A DNA stretch of 64,000 bases from an uncultured Alphaproteobacteria bacterium (GTDB lineage Bacteria; Pseudomonadota; Alphaproteobacteria; Rhizobiales; Hyphomicrobiaceae). Positions 51,649-61,829 of this stretch are shown here, one piece after another (within the stretch, counting starts at the first letter, position 1; the number at the start of each line of letters is the position of its first letter). The stretch covers positions 174,637 to 238,636 of the forward strand of contig CAVWMR010000004.1 of assembly GCA_963756175.1 (NCBI GenBank). The letters are read 5' to 3'. The translations under genes were made by a program, and so were the position numbers. The notes below the pieces were generated by a model. It saw nothing but the letters and a program-made list of their open reading frames with translations, searched no databases and was not told where the DNA came from.

Positions 51649-53226
51649 ATGTCCGCAAGCGATCCGCCCCCCGTCGCACGTAGCAAGTCCGCCATCGGCC
51701 TCGCTCGGCGTTTAGAACGTGACGATCGCGGCGCGGCGCTGCTGCTGGCAACCGTGTTCATGCTGACGCTGCTGAGCGTCGTTGCCGTTGCCGTCGATTT
51801 TGGACAGGCGATGGTATTGAAGCAGAAGCTGCACAATGCCGCCGATGCTGCCGCCCTTGCCGTTGGATCGCGGCTCGATCTGACGGACACCGAGGCGAAC
51901 GCGCTCGCACAGAACTTCATCAAAGCCAACTATCCGGATCTGGCACTGGGCACGCTGACGCAGTTCACGGTCACGCCGACCAATGTCGGTTACAACGTCC
52001 GCGTCGCAGCCAGTCTTCCGACCACGTTTCTGCGCGTGCTGGGAACCGAGACGTTGCAGCTTGCCGTCACCGCCGAAGTCACGCGCGATCTGCGCAAACT
52101 CGAAGTCGTCCTGGCACTCGACAATACTGGATCGATGACCACCAACGATCGCATCGGCAAACTGAGACGCGCCGCGAACAGCCTTGTCGACATTCTCTTC
52201 GACGAAGCCGATGTTTCGCCTCACGTAAAGATCGGATTGGTGCCGTTCTCCGGTGCCGTCAACCTGGGCCTCGGCGCGCTTGGGCGCGGTTGGATCGACG
52301 AAAACGGCGCAAGCGCACTCAATCGCGAGGACGTCGCACTGCTGCCAACGCGGCCATCATTGCTGCAGCTTTTCCAATCCATGAACAACGTGCCCTGGGG
52401 CGGCTGCGTTCGCGCCCGCCTCGGCGGTCATGATCTCCTCGATACGCCCCCGAGCTTGGCGTCCCCCGAGACACTCTTCACGCCCTATTTCGCGCCTGAC
52501 GAGGCGGGCAACATTGTCGTCAATGGCAGCGGCAACAGCTATCTGATCGGCGACGGAACATTGCCCGCCCTGTATGCGCTGCAAGGCCTGACGGCTCCGC
52601 TCATCGCCAACGGCAACGGACCGAACTTCAACTGCGTGCAACGCCCGATCCAGCCCCTGACCAACGTCAGGCAGACGATCGCGGACGCCATCACCGCCAT
52701 GCAGCCGCGGGGCAGCACCGTAATTCCGGAAGGCCTTGCCTGGGCGTGGCGCGTGATCTCGCCCGGCTTACCCTACGATCAGGGCGCAGATTACAGCGAC
52801 AAGTCGGTGACCAAGGTCGTCATCCTACTTTCCGACGGTCGCAACCAGGTAGAGCGCGGCGCGCCCTACAATTCCTTTTACTCGGCCTACGGTTTCGCCA
52901 CCAAGGGGCATATCGGCCGGACCGATGGGTCGCAAACGCGCCAGGTTCTCAACGCCAAAACCGCCGCCCTGTGCAACAACATCAAGGCTGACAAGGACGG
53001 AAACCCGTCCACGGACGACATCTTCGTCTACACGATCGCCCTCGAGATCAACACCGGCAACGCCGCCATCGATGCCGAAACCAAGAGCCTGCTCGAAGCG
53101 TGCGCTACCCCCGCGGCGCGCTGCCCCGGCCAGCAATGCTTCTACGATACGCCATCCAGCAACGAACTCGATCAGGTTTTCTCCAAGATCGCGATCGGAC
53201 TTGCCGGCTTGCGGATCGCGAAATAG
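51649..53226 (+). CDS. TadG-like pilus-associated protein with a TadE-like N-terminus and a VWA domain
   Basis: N-terminus ...RLERDDRGAALLLATVFMLTLLSVVAVAVDFGQ and MIDAS motif LALDNTGSMTTNDRIGKLRRAANSL. Confidence 0.7.
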   Translation: MSASDPPPVARSKSAIGLARRLERDDRGAALLLATVFMLTLLSVVAVAVDFGQAMVLKQKLHNAADAAALAVGSRLDLTDTEANALAQNFIKANYPDLALGTLTQFTVTPTNVGYNVRVAASLPTTFLRVLGTETLQLAVTAEVTRDLRKLEVVLALDNTGSMTTNDRIGKLRRAANSLVDILFDEADVSPHVKIGLVPFSGAVNLGLGALGRGWIDENGASALNREDVALLPTRPSLLQLFQSMNNVPWGGCVRARLGGHDLLDTPPSLASPETLFTPYFAPDEAGNIVVNGSGNSYLIGDGTLPALYALQGLTAPLIANGNGPNFNCVQRPIQPLTNVRQTIADAITAMQPRGSTVIPEGLAWAWRVISPGLPYDQGADYSDKSVTKVVILLSDGRNQVERGAPYNSFYSAYGFATKGHIGRTDGSQTRQVLNAKTAALCNNIKADKDGNPSTDDIFVYTIALEINTGNAAIDAETKSLLEACATPAARCPGQQCFYDTPSSNELDQVFSKIAIGLAGLRIAK

Positions 53227-53249
53227 GTACCACCCGGAGCGTTCTTACG

Positions 53250-53774
53250 ATGTCGAGTATCGAAATCAGTGCGGCGACCTTGACGTGCGTGCAGGCCGCA
53301 TTCGTGTTCTGCGTCTGCTACGCGATCGTCTCGGATTTCACTCGGCTGAGGATCGCGAACTGGATACCAGCGACACTGACGGTGCTGTTTCTCGTCTACG
53401 CCGTCCTCAGGCTCGACGTCTCCACATTCAAGGATCACCTGATGCTCGCGGGGATCGTCTTCGTGGCGGGTTTCGTCTCGTTCGTTCTCGGATGGATCGG
53501 CGGCGGCGATGTCAAGCTGCTGACCGCGCTGACACTTTGGGCGGGGCCCAGCTACGGCCCTGATTTGCTCATCATGACCACACTCGGCGGCGGGCTCATG
53601 GCCTTCGCGCTGCTCCTGTTGCGCAACAGCGCTCAAGCGCGAATGCTGATGCCGACCGCGGCACCATTCAGGCGCATCCGCAGTTTCGCGGAGCGCGGTG
53701 TGTGTCCCTACGGTCTGGCTATGGGAGCCGCGGCGCTCGTGTCGCTGCAGCCGATGTTCATGCCCGCCACCTGA
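53250..53774 (+). CDS. cpaA: Prepilin peptidase CpaA (A24 family)
   Basis: Polytopic membrane protein with ...GWIGGGDVKLLTAL... (the catalytic Asp motif). Confidence 0.75.
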   Translation: MSSIEISAATLTCVQAAFVFCVCYAIVSDFTRLRIANWIPATLTVLFLVYAVLRLDVSTFKDHLMLAGIVFVAGFVSFVLGWIGGGDVKLLTALTLWAGPSYGPDLLIMTTLGGGLMAFALLLLRNSAQARMLMPTAAPFRRIRSFAERGVCPYGLAMGAAALVSLQPMFMPAT

Positions 53775-53827
53775 CCCTGGACTGAAAACACCTCCACAGA
53801 TGGTGTTTCGAGAATTTGCGCGCGCGG

Positions 53828-56275
53828 TCAGGTTTTGACCCGCAAATTGTTCGGGTCATAGAAGCCACGAAGCTGAACCTCAGCCGCGAGCCGCTCACCC
53901 GCCACCTCAATCTCGTATCGACCGCCGCGTACAAAATCCGCGTCCGCCAGCCCCGATGCGCACTCGATGTAGCCCATACCGAGCGGGCGCCCCACCGTAT
54001 GTCCGAACATGCCGGACGTGATGCGTCCGACAAGCTCGCCGTCACGCCAGATTGGCTCATTGTGGTAGAGCAGCGCGTTCGACTCGGTCAATGCCGCTTG
54101 GACCAGACGTCGACGAAGGCCTTTCTCTCGCTGTCGGAGCAGCGCGTCGCGGCCGATGAACGGCGCCTTTTTATTCGAGGCTACGGCGAATCCCAGCCCG
54201 GCATCGAGTGGCGTATCCTCGTCGGTAATGTCATGCCCCCAGTGACGGTATCCCTTCTCCATCCTGAGAGAATTCATCGCGTGATAGCCCGCCAGCGCAA
54301 GTTCGGCCGATGCGCCGGTCTCGGCGATCGCATCGAACACGCCCTGAGCGAATTCGGTCGGAATATAAAGTTCCCAGCCGAGCTCGCCGACATAGGTGAT
54401 GCGGCTCGCACGTACGCGCGCATACGCCAAGTCAATCACCTGCGACGTCGCGAAGGGGAAGGCGTCATTGGAAACGTCGGTATCGGTCAGTTGCGACAGC
54501 AGCTCTCGCGACCGCGGCCCCATCAGCCCAAGCACAGCATAGCCCGACGTGACGTCGAAAGCGACGGCGCGCGCGTCGTTTGGAATATGCCTTTGTAGCC
54601 ACGCGAAATCGCGAGTCGAGGACGCCGCCGACGTCACGATGAGGAAGCGCGTCTCACTTTCGCGCGTCACAGTCAGGTCCGCTTCGATGCCGCCGCGGTC
54701 GTTGAGCCACTGCGTATAGACGACGCGGCCGACCGGCACCGCCACGTCATTGGCACAGATCCGATCGAGGATCGCTTCGGCCTCCGACCCTTCAAGAACG
54801 AACTTGCCGAACGAGGATTGATCAAAAAGACCCACGCGCTCCCGCACGGCTTTATGCTCCTCGGCGGAGTGGGCGAACCAATTCTGGCGGCCGTAGCTGT
54901 ACTCGTAGGCCGGCGACACTCCCGGCGGAGCAAACCAGTTCGCGCGTTCCCAGCCGGCGGTTTCGCCAAAGCACGCGCCGCGCGCGGCAAGCCGATCATG
55001 CAGCGCCGACTTGCGCACGCCACGCGAGCTCTCTGGCTGACGAAAGGGCCAATGCATGGCGTAAAGCAGACCGAGGACCTCAACGGTGCGATCCTTGAGA
55101 TATTTCCGGTTGCGTTGAAACGGTATCATGCGGCGGATATCGACATCTGAAAGGTCCATCGGCGGATGGCCGTCGATGATCCAATCGGCCAACACCTTGC
55201 CCGCACCGCCTGCTGATTGAATGCCGATCGAGTTGAACCCCGCGGCAACGAATAGCCTTCGGATCTCGGGCGACTCGCCGAGCAGGTACCTGTTGTCCGG
55301 CGTAAAGCTCTCCGGACCGTTGAAGAAGAGCTGGATCCCAGCGCCGCCGAGAGCCGGTACGCGCTTTATGGCCGCCTCCAGCAGTGGTTCGATGTGCTCG
55401 AGGTCGTCCGGCAGCGAGTCGAAGGCAAAGCTCTCCGGAATGCCGTCCATGCCCCAGGGCTTCGCTTTCGGTTCGAACCAGCCGACGAGCAGTTTCCCCG
55501 CATCCTCCTTGACGTAGGTACATGCGTCGGCGTCGCGCAGCACCGGCAGATGGCGTGGCAGTCCAGGAATGGCCTCGGTGACGACATAGAAATGTTCGGC
55601 CGCATGGAGCGGAATACTCACGCCAGCCTGCTTGCCAAGTTCGTGTGCCCACATGCCCGCGCAGTTGACGACGTACTCGGCTTCGACATCGCCTTCGGCC
55701 GTGCGCACACCCGTTGCGCGTCCCTTGGAGACGAGGATTTCCGAGACCTTCACATTCTCAAAAATTTGCGCGCCGCGGCTGCGCGCGCCTTTAGCCAGCG
55801 CCTGCGTCGTATCGATGGGATTGGTCTGGCCATCTCGCGGTAGATGGACGGCGCCGAGCAGCCCCTCCGTACTCATGAGTGGCCACAATTCCTTCGCCTG
55901 AGCAGGCGTGAGAACACTTGCCTCGAGGCCGAAGCACCGCGCCATCGACGCGCCGCGCTTGAGTTCTTCGAGCCGCCCTTCGCTGGCGGCCAGCGCCAGA
56001 GAACCGATCTGGCGAAAGCCCGTGGCTTGCCCGGTCTCCTTCTCCAGCGTGGCGTAGAGTTCCGTCGTGTATTGCGCGAGGCGCGTCAGGTTATGGGTCG
56101 CGCGAAGCTGACCGACAAGACCCGCCGCATGCCACGTCGTCCCAGACGTGAGCTGCTTGCGCTCCAGCAGCACCACGTCCGTCCAACCGCGAAGCGTCAA
56201 ATGATAGGCGATGCTGCAGCCGACGATGCCGCCACCGACAATGACGACCTGTGCCCTCTCGGGGATGCTGGCCAA
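53828..56275 (-). CDS. Sarcosine/dimethylglycine dehydrogenase-family protein (FAD oxidoreductase fused to a GcvT-like aminomethyltransferase/folate-binding domain)
   Basis: 815 aa. N-terminal VVIVGGGIVGCSIAYHL (FAD GxGxxG) and a C-terminal GcvT domain. Intact. Confidence 0.85.
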   Translation of the reverse strand: MASIPERAQVVIVGGGIVGCSIAYHLTLRGWTDVVLLERKQLTSGTTWHAAGLVGQLRATHNLTRLAQYTTELYATLEKETGQATGFRQIGSLALAASEGRLEELKRGASMARCFGLEASVLTPAQAKELWPLMSTEGLLGAVHLPRDGQTNPIDTTQALAKGARSRGAQIFENVKVSEILVSKGRATGVRTAEGDVEAEYVVNCAGMWAHELGKQAGVSIPLHAAEHFYVVTEAIPGLPRHLPVLRDADACTYVKEDAGKLLVGWFEPKAKPWGMDGIPESFAFDSLPDDLEHIEPLLEAAIKRVPALGGAGIQLFFNGPESFTPDNRYLLGESPEIRRLFVAAGFNSIGIQSAGGAGKVLADWIIDGHPPMDLSDVDIRRMIPFQRNRKYLKDRTVEVLGLLYAMHWPFRQPESSRGVRKSALHDRLAARGACFGETAGWERANWFAPPGVSPAYEYSYGRQNWFAHSAEEHKAVRERVGLFDQSSFGKFVLEGSEAEAILDRICANDVAVPVGRVVYTQWLNDRGGIEADLTVTRESETRFLIVTSAASSTRDFAWLQRHIPNDARAVAFDVTSGYAVLGLMGPRSRELLSQLTDTDVSNDAFPFATSQVIDLAYARVRASRITYVGELGWELYIPTEFAQGVFDAIAETGASAELALAGYHAMNSLRMEKGYRHWGHDITDEDTPLDAGLGFAVASNKKAPFIGRDALLRQREKGLRRRLVQAALTESNALLYHNEPIWRDGELVGRITSGMFGHTVGRPLGMGYIECASGLADADFVRGGRYEIEVAGERLAAEVQLRGFYDPNNLRVKT

Positions 56276-56335
56276 GTGACCCTCCTAAGACATCGTCGCC
56301 ATGATCAACAGCGACATCGACGGTGATACGCTTGC

Positions 56336-57622
56336 CTACACCTGCAAATAATCGCGTATGCGGCCGTAGGTGATGCGCGCAAAAACGCCCGCCCGCCATA
56401 GGCCGTGGAAGGGAATGCTCTTCAACTCGGTCACGGGCATGTTCATCTCGGCCGACGCGCCGCCGATGAGACGGCGCGCCAGTTCAGGCCCCATCGCCGT
56501 GCTCATGGCGACGCCGCGTCCGTTGTAGCCGAGGCAGACCAACGCCCCTTCAGCCGGTTCGTGGATGTGAGGATAATGATCGGTGGTGACTGCGATCTGA
56601 CCGTTCCAGCCGTGCGTGAACCTGAACGGCTTGAGCTGCGGCCAGAGCCGTTGCGCGTACCGGATCAGAAACTTCATTTCGTCGGGGCTCGACACGGGAC
56701 GCTGCCGGCAGCGACCACCGATCAACAGGCGGTTCTGCTCATCGAGCCGATAGTAGACCGTCACCTGACCGAGTTCGTAGAGCGACGATCGGATCGGCAG
56801 AATCTTGCGTGCAATCTCTTCCGGAATGGGCTCGGTGGCGACGATGCCGCTGTAAACCGGCACGATGGTACGCTTCAGTCCCGGCCATAGACCGTCGGTA
56901 TAGCCGTTGGTCGCGAACACGATCTTCTCAGCGGTAACGGTCCCGCTTCCGGTTTCAATGATCCAATGCCCGCCCTGGCGCGATACACGCTCCACTTTTG
57001 TCGCGCCATGTACTCTGGCGCCGGCCTGGACCGCCGCCTGTGCCAGACCGCGCGCATAGCCCAGCGGATTGACGTGTCCCCCACGGCGATCGAGCAGCGC
57101 GCACGTATATCGATCGGTACCGGTCGCTTCCTGCATCCGTGCGCGATCCAGCAATTCGACGGGCATATCGCGCTTCGCACCCTGCTCGTAACTCGTCTGT
57201 ATGCTTTGCGCGGCGGCTGGCGTGTAGGCGGCGCGCAATGTTCCCGTCTGTCGCGCCTCACATTGGATCTGATAGCGCTTGACCAGGTCGAAAAGGACGT
57301 TGGGCGCATTCCACGACATATCGATCATGCGCCGACCTAAATCTTTGCCGAAATGAGCTTCGATCTCATCCGGATCGTGCTTTAAACCGGGATTGACCTG
57401 TCCACCGTTGCGACCCGACGCCCCCCATCCCGGCTCGTGAGCCTCGAGAACCGTGACATCGACGCTCTGCTCCGCCAGATGCAGCGCCGTCGAAAGCCCT
57501 GTGAATCCACCGCCGACAATCGCAACGGACACGCGCCTGCTGCCATCGAGCGGGGGCGTATCGGCGGCGGGACGCGCGCTCTCGGCGTAAATGCTCGGAG
57601 GAAGTGGCTCGGGTGTGCTCAT
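56336..57622 (-). CDS. FAD-dependent oxidoreductase (DAO family)
   Basis: VAIVGGGFTGLSTALHL..., 428 aa. Confidence 0.8.
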   Translation of the reverse strand: MSTPEPLPPSIYAESARPAADTPPLDGSRRVSVAIVGGGFTGLSTALHLAEQSVDVTVLEAHEPGWGASGRNGGQVNPGLKHDPDEIEAHFGKDLGRRMIDMSWNAPNVLFDLVKRYQIQCEARQTGTLRAAYTPAAAQSIQTSYEQGAKRDMPVELLDRARMQEATGTDRYTCALLDRRGGHVNPLGYARGLAQAAVQAGARVHGATKVERVSRQGGHWIIETGSGTVTAEKIVFATNGYTDGLWPGLKRTIVPVYSGIVATEPIPEEIARKILPIRSSLYELGQVTVYYRLDEQNRLLIGGRCRQRPVSSPDEMKFLIRYAQRLWPQLKPFRFTHGWNGQIAVTTDHYPHIHEPAEGALVCLGYNGRGVAMSTAMGPELARRLIGGASAEMNMPVTELKSIPFHGLWRAGVFARITYGRIRDYLQV

Positions 57623-57856
57623 GCGTCTTGATCCCTGGGGTCTAGGCGTCGGCTAGATTAGCGGCAACGGCGTTTGCGCCGCGAGAGCTTTCGTGTGCTC
57701 GGCGCGGATGTCGCACATCGCGCGCAGCAGAATATACGACCTACCAAAAAGCAGGCTTGATTTCACTCACATGAAATCCGAAAGTAGTGGGACGCCGGGC
57801 GACTGAAGTCGCCGTGAGCGCGTTCGTTCGACAAAGTAGGGGAAGGGTGGACGGTC

Positions 57857-58984
57857 ATGCGATCAAAGATTTTGCTGGGCTCGATCTGCGCGCTGGCATT
57901 CGCCGCAACCTCGGCCATGGCGGCTCGCGAATTCAACGGAAGCATCTGGTTCCCGGATACCCATCCGCTGACCAAGGCATATCTCGACTGGGTCAAGCGG
58001 CTCGATGCAGCTTCGAAGGGTGAGCTCAAGGCCAAGATTTTCACGGGCACGGCACTGCTGCCGCCCAATGCGCATCTTTCGGGGCTCAAGGACGGCATCG
58101 CGCAGGTCACGTATCACGCAGGAACGTATACGCCGACCGACCTGCCCGAAGACAACGTCGTGTCGATGCTGGCGCTCGGCTACTCCGACACGATGGCGCT
58201 CACGTTTGCGGTCACGGACTTCTACATGACCGATCCGGAGATGGTGGAGCGCTTCAAGCGGCATCGGATCGTGTTCGGCGGTGGCTATGCGACGCCGCCC
58301 TACATGCTGATGTGCACAAAGAAAGTCGCAACGCTCGCCGATCTCAAGGGCCTCAAGATCCGAATGCCGGGCGTCATCCATGCCGACTGGGCTAAATCGA
58401 TTGGCGCAGTGCCGGTGAGCGTCCCATCGAGCGAGATGTTCACGGGTCTTGAGAAAGGCCAGCTTGACTGCGCCGCCAACGCCGCAAACGACCTCAAGAG
58501 CCGTTCACTGTGGGATGTCGCCAAGCACACCAGCCAGATTTCGCTCGGTGTCTATTGGGCGGGCTGGCAGTGGGCCTTCAACGGCGGGTTCTGGAAGGAG
58601 CTGAAACCGAGCGAGCGGCGCATCCTGCTCGATACCATCGCCGACAGCATCCCGCCGATGGCACACGGCTACATGAAGGACTCAGATGACGCGATCGCCG
58701 AAGCCCCGTCCAAGGGCGTGACCGTCTACCCCGAGACGGACGAAATGCGCAAGTCGGTGCAAGAGTTCAATGCGAAAGTCGCCAGAGCACAGGCAATCGA
58801 GCAGGGCACGTCGAAGTTCAAGCTCAAGGACCCCGAAGGACTGATCAAGCGCTTCGAGGCAACGATCGCCAAGTGGGACGGACTGCTCAAGGGCGTCGAT
58901 CGGAAGGACGCGATCGCCCTCTCCAAGGTGCTGAAGGACAACCTCTACTCGAAGATCGACGTCAACACCTATGGCGTCTACTGA
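57857..58984 (+). CDS. dctP: TRAP transporter substrate-binding protein, DctP family
   Basis: Signal peptide MRSKILLGSICALAFAATSAMA; about 350 aa DctP-like. Confidence 0.8.
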   Translation: MRSKILLGSICALAFAATSAMAAREFNGSIWFPDTHPLTKAYLDWVKRLDAASKGELKAKIFTGTALLPPNAHLSGLKDGIAQVTYHAGTYTPTDLPEDNVVSMLALGYSDTMALTFAVTDFYMTDPEMVERFKRHRIVFGGGYATPPYMLMCTKKVATLADLKGLKIRMPGVIHADWAKSIGAVPVSVPSSEMFTGLEKGQLDCAANAANDLKSRSLWDVAKHTSQISLGVYWAGWQWAFNGGFWKELKPSERRILLDTIADSIPPMAHGYMKDSDDAIAEAPSKGVTVYPETDEMRKSVQEFNAKVARAQAIEQGTSKFKLKDPEGLIKRFEATIAKWDGLLKGVDRKDAIALSKVLKDNLYSKIDVNTYGVY

Positions 58985-59032
58985 CATCACCGCTGATCGG
59001 CCGGTGACGTCCGGCCGATCAGCGGTGTTACG

Positions 59033-59927
59033 TCACGCCCGGCCCTGCAGGACGGGATAAAGTTCAGGACGGCGCTGCTCCATCAACGGGTAGCGCCGTT
59101 TCACTTCGGCGATGAAGCCAAGGTCGATATGGGCGGTGACAAGCCCTTCCTCATCGGAGGCCGTCGCGACGACGGTTCCCCAGGGATCGACGACCATGCT
59201 GCGGCCGACGAACGCCAATCCGGATTTCGGTTCCTTGCCGTACTGACCAGCAGCGACAATGAAGCACTGGTTCTCACAAGCGCGAGCGCGCAAGAAGAAT
59301 TCCCAGTGATCGAAGCGCGGCGACAAGAACGCGGACGAGCAAGTCATGATCTCCGCGCCCTTCAACGCCAGTTCGCGGTAAAGCTCCGGAAACCTCAGAT
59401 CTGAGCAGATCGTCATGCCGATCCGCGCGAGATTGGTCTCCAAGACATCGACTGTCGCGCCCTTGCCAACCTTCGAGCTTTCGATGAAGCCAGGTGGAAT
59501 GTCGGCCCGATTGGGCGCATCGAACAGATGCGTTTTGCGATAGATGCCGAGGACGGCGCCATCAGGAGCGATCAGCGGCGACGTATTGTAGTAGGCATCC
59601 CCCGCGCTCTCGTACATCGAGCCTGACAAATACATTCCATACTTGCGCGCGCGCTCGCCGAGCGCCGCCGTGATCGGGCCCGGAATAGTCTCGGCGATTT
59701 CGCGATAGCCGGTCTCGTTCGAGAACTCGATGCCGGTCCACATTTCCGGGAGGACGCACAGATCACTGCCGCGCTCGCCGGCCTCGTCGACCAATCGAAA
59801 CAATTTCTCGACGTTGCTGCGACTTCTCGCCATCCACCGCAGTGATCTGTATCGCTGACACGACCAGCGTCCGGCGGCGATGGGATTCGGCCTGCGAAGT
59901 TGTCTTGTCCGTCATGTGCATTGTCCC
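59033..59927 (-). pseudogene. Carbon-nitrogen hydrolase (nitrilase-superfamily; carbamoylase/amidase-like), frameshift near nt 59830
   Basis: The true N-terminus MTDKTTSQAESHRRRTLVVSAIQITAVDGEKSQ is in a different frame from the 266-aa ORF (NVEKLFRLVDEAG...CVLPEMW...; catalytic Cys in MTICSDLRFPE). Confidence 0.65.
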
Positions 59928-59939
59928 GGCGCTTGTGGG

Positions 59940-61247
59940 CTACTTCATCAAGCTCGGCAGTATAAGCGTCAGCCAGGGAAAGGCGACAATCAGTATCAGC
60001 GTGATCATATCGGCGACGACGAACCACGTAATGCCACGGAAAATCGTCGACAGAGGAATCAATGATCCCAATGCACTCTTCATGACGTACACGTTCAGGC
60101 CGACCGGCGGCGTGACAAGGCCGATTTCGAGCAGCTTGACGAGGATGATGCCAAACCAGATGAGATCCGCGCCGACGGCCCGCGCGATCGGCATGACGAT
60201 CGGCATGGTCAGCAAGAGAATGCTGATCGAATTGAGGAAACAGCCGAGGATCAGATAGAGGACCACCACCATCAGGACGACGGTGAGCTGGTCACCGCCC
60301 ATGCCGAGCAGCCATTTGGAGATGACCTCCGGCACTCCCGTCAACGCCATCATCTTGCCGAGCAGCACCGTCCCGATCACGACCATGAAGATCGATGACG
60401 TGCCGGACAGCGCGCTGAGGCTCGCCTCCCGCAAAACCTTCCAGGTCAGCGTTCCCTTGATTGCGGCAAGCACGATCGCCAGTGCGGCGCCGACGGCTGC
60501 GCCCTCGGTCGGCGTGAAGAAGCCGACAAAAATCCCAACCAGGACGCTGATAATCAAAACAGGTAGCGGCCAAACGTCGGCAAACGCCGCCCGTCGCTCC
60601 TCGACTGTGAAATCCTCTGTCACTCGCGGCGCCAGCGACGGGTTGAGCTTGACCCGGATGATGATCATCGCCACGAACATCAATGCGGACATGATGCCGG
60701 GTATGAAACCGGCCATGAAGAGCTTGGCGATCGAGACGTCGGCAAAATAGCCGTAGAGCACCATCAGCAGGCTTGGCGGGATCATCGATCCTAGCGTGCC
60801 GGCCGACGCGATGACACCCGCCGCCAATCCCGGATCGTACTTGTACTTGAGCATCTCCGGCGTCGCGATCCGCGCCATCGCGGCCGAAACCGCGACCGAC
60901 GATCCGGAAGCCGCCGATAGAAACGCGCAGGCCGCAACGCTCGCTATGGCAAGGCCGCCCGGCAACCAGGACAGCATCACGCGCATGGCCTGGAACAGCC
61001 CCGCGGTGAGGCCGGCCGAGAATGCGATGTATCCCATGAGCAGGAACATCGGGATGGCCGTCAGATTCCAATCGCCGACGAAGTTGAACGGGATGGCGGT
61101 GACCATCCCCCATGCCGGCCGCCAACCGAGAATGGTCGCAATGCCGAAGAACGAGACGACACCGAGAGCGACGCCAATTTGAATTCGCAGTGCGATCAGA
61201 AGCACGCCTGCGCCGGTCGCCATCATGCCGATCGTGAACTTGTCCAT
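59940..61247 (-). CDS. dctM: TRAP transporter large permease DctM
   Basis: 435 aa, 12 TM, DctM-like. Confidence 0.85.
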   Translation of the reverse strand: MDKFTIGMMATGAGVLLIALRIQIGVALGVVSFFGIATILGWRPAWGMVTAIPFNFVGDWNLTAIPMFLLMGYIAFSAGLTAGLFQAMRVMLSWLPGGLAIASVAACAFLSAASGSSVAVSAAMARIATPEMLKYKYDPGLAAGVIASAGTLGSMIPPSLLMVLYGYFADVSIAKLFMAGFIPGIMSALMFVAMIIIRVKLNPSLAPRVTEDFTVEERRAAFADVWPLPVLIISVLVGIFVGFFTPTEGAAVGAALAIVLAAIKGTLTWKVLREASLSALSGTSSIFMVVIGTVLLGKMMALTGVPEVISKWLLGMGGDQLTVVLMVVVLYLILGCFLNSISILLLTMPIVMPIARAVGADLIWFGIILVKLLEIGLVTPPVGLNVYVMKSALGSLIPLSTIFRGITWFVVADMITLILIVAFPWLTLILPSLMK

Positions 61248-61257
61248 CGTGACCGCC

Positions 61258-61795
61258 TCAGTTCCGAGCCTGATTGGCCATGTCTGGCGACTCTGGAGAC
61301 GGATCGAATGCAGGATCGATCGCCGCCTTCCAGGCGTGCAGCGACACCTGGAGCAGCATCACAAAGAACCCGATCGGCAGAAGGAACTTGGCCGGCCACA
61401 CCGTGATGTAGATCGATGACATCAAGATCTCGCCGATCTCGTAGGCGGCCCAGGCGTCCTTGGCGGTCTGGTAGGTGAGAAGCGCGAAGAAGATTGCACA
61501 GACGACATACCCGACCACCATGAGGATACGCCGCAGGAGCAACAGGCAATCTTTCGACCAGCAGGTCCACCGTGATGTGCTCGTGCCGTCGCTCGACCAG
61601 TGCCAAGGGCAGGAACACCACCGCGACCATGTGATAGACGGAGACGATCTCGAGACTGCCTTCGATCGGCCGGCGGAAGAAGTTGCGCATGGCGACGTCG
61701 ACCACCATCTGCGCCATCATCAGGAACAGCGCGACGATGGCGATACCCATTAGAAGTCGTGCCAGGACGTCGGTCACGCGGTCGAGTGTCAACAT
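61258..61795 (-). pseudogene. dctQ: TRAP transporter small permease DctQ, frameshift near nt 61550
   Basis: N-terminal half (61795 to about 61550: MLTLDRVTDVLARLLMGIAIVALF...) and C-terminal half (61542..61258) are in different frames. Confidence 0.65.
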
Positions 61796-61829
61796 CGCTT
61801 TCTATCCCCGATAGTCGCGCCGTCTCACG

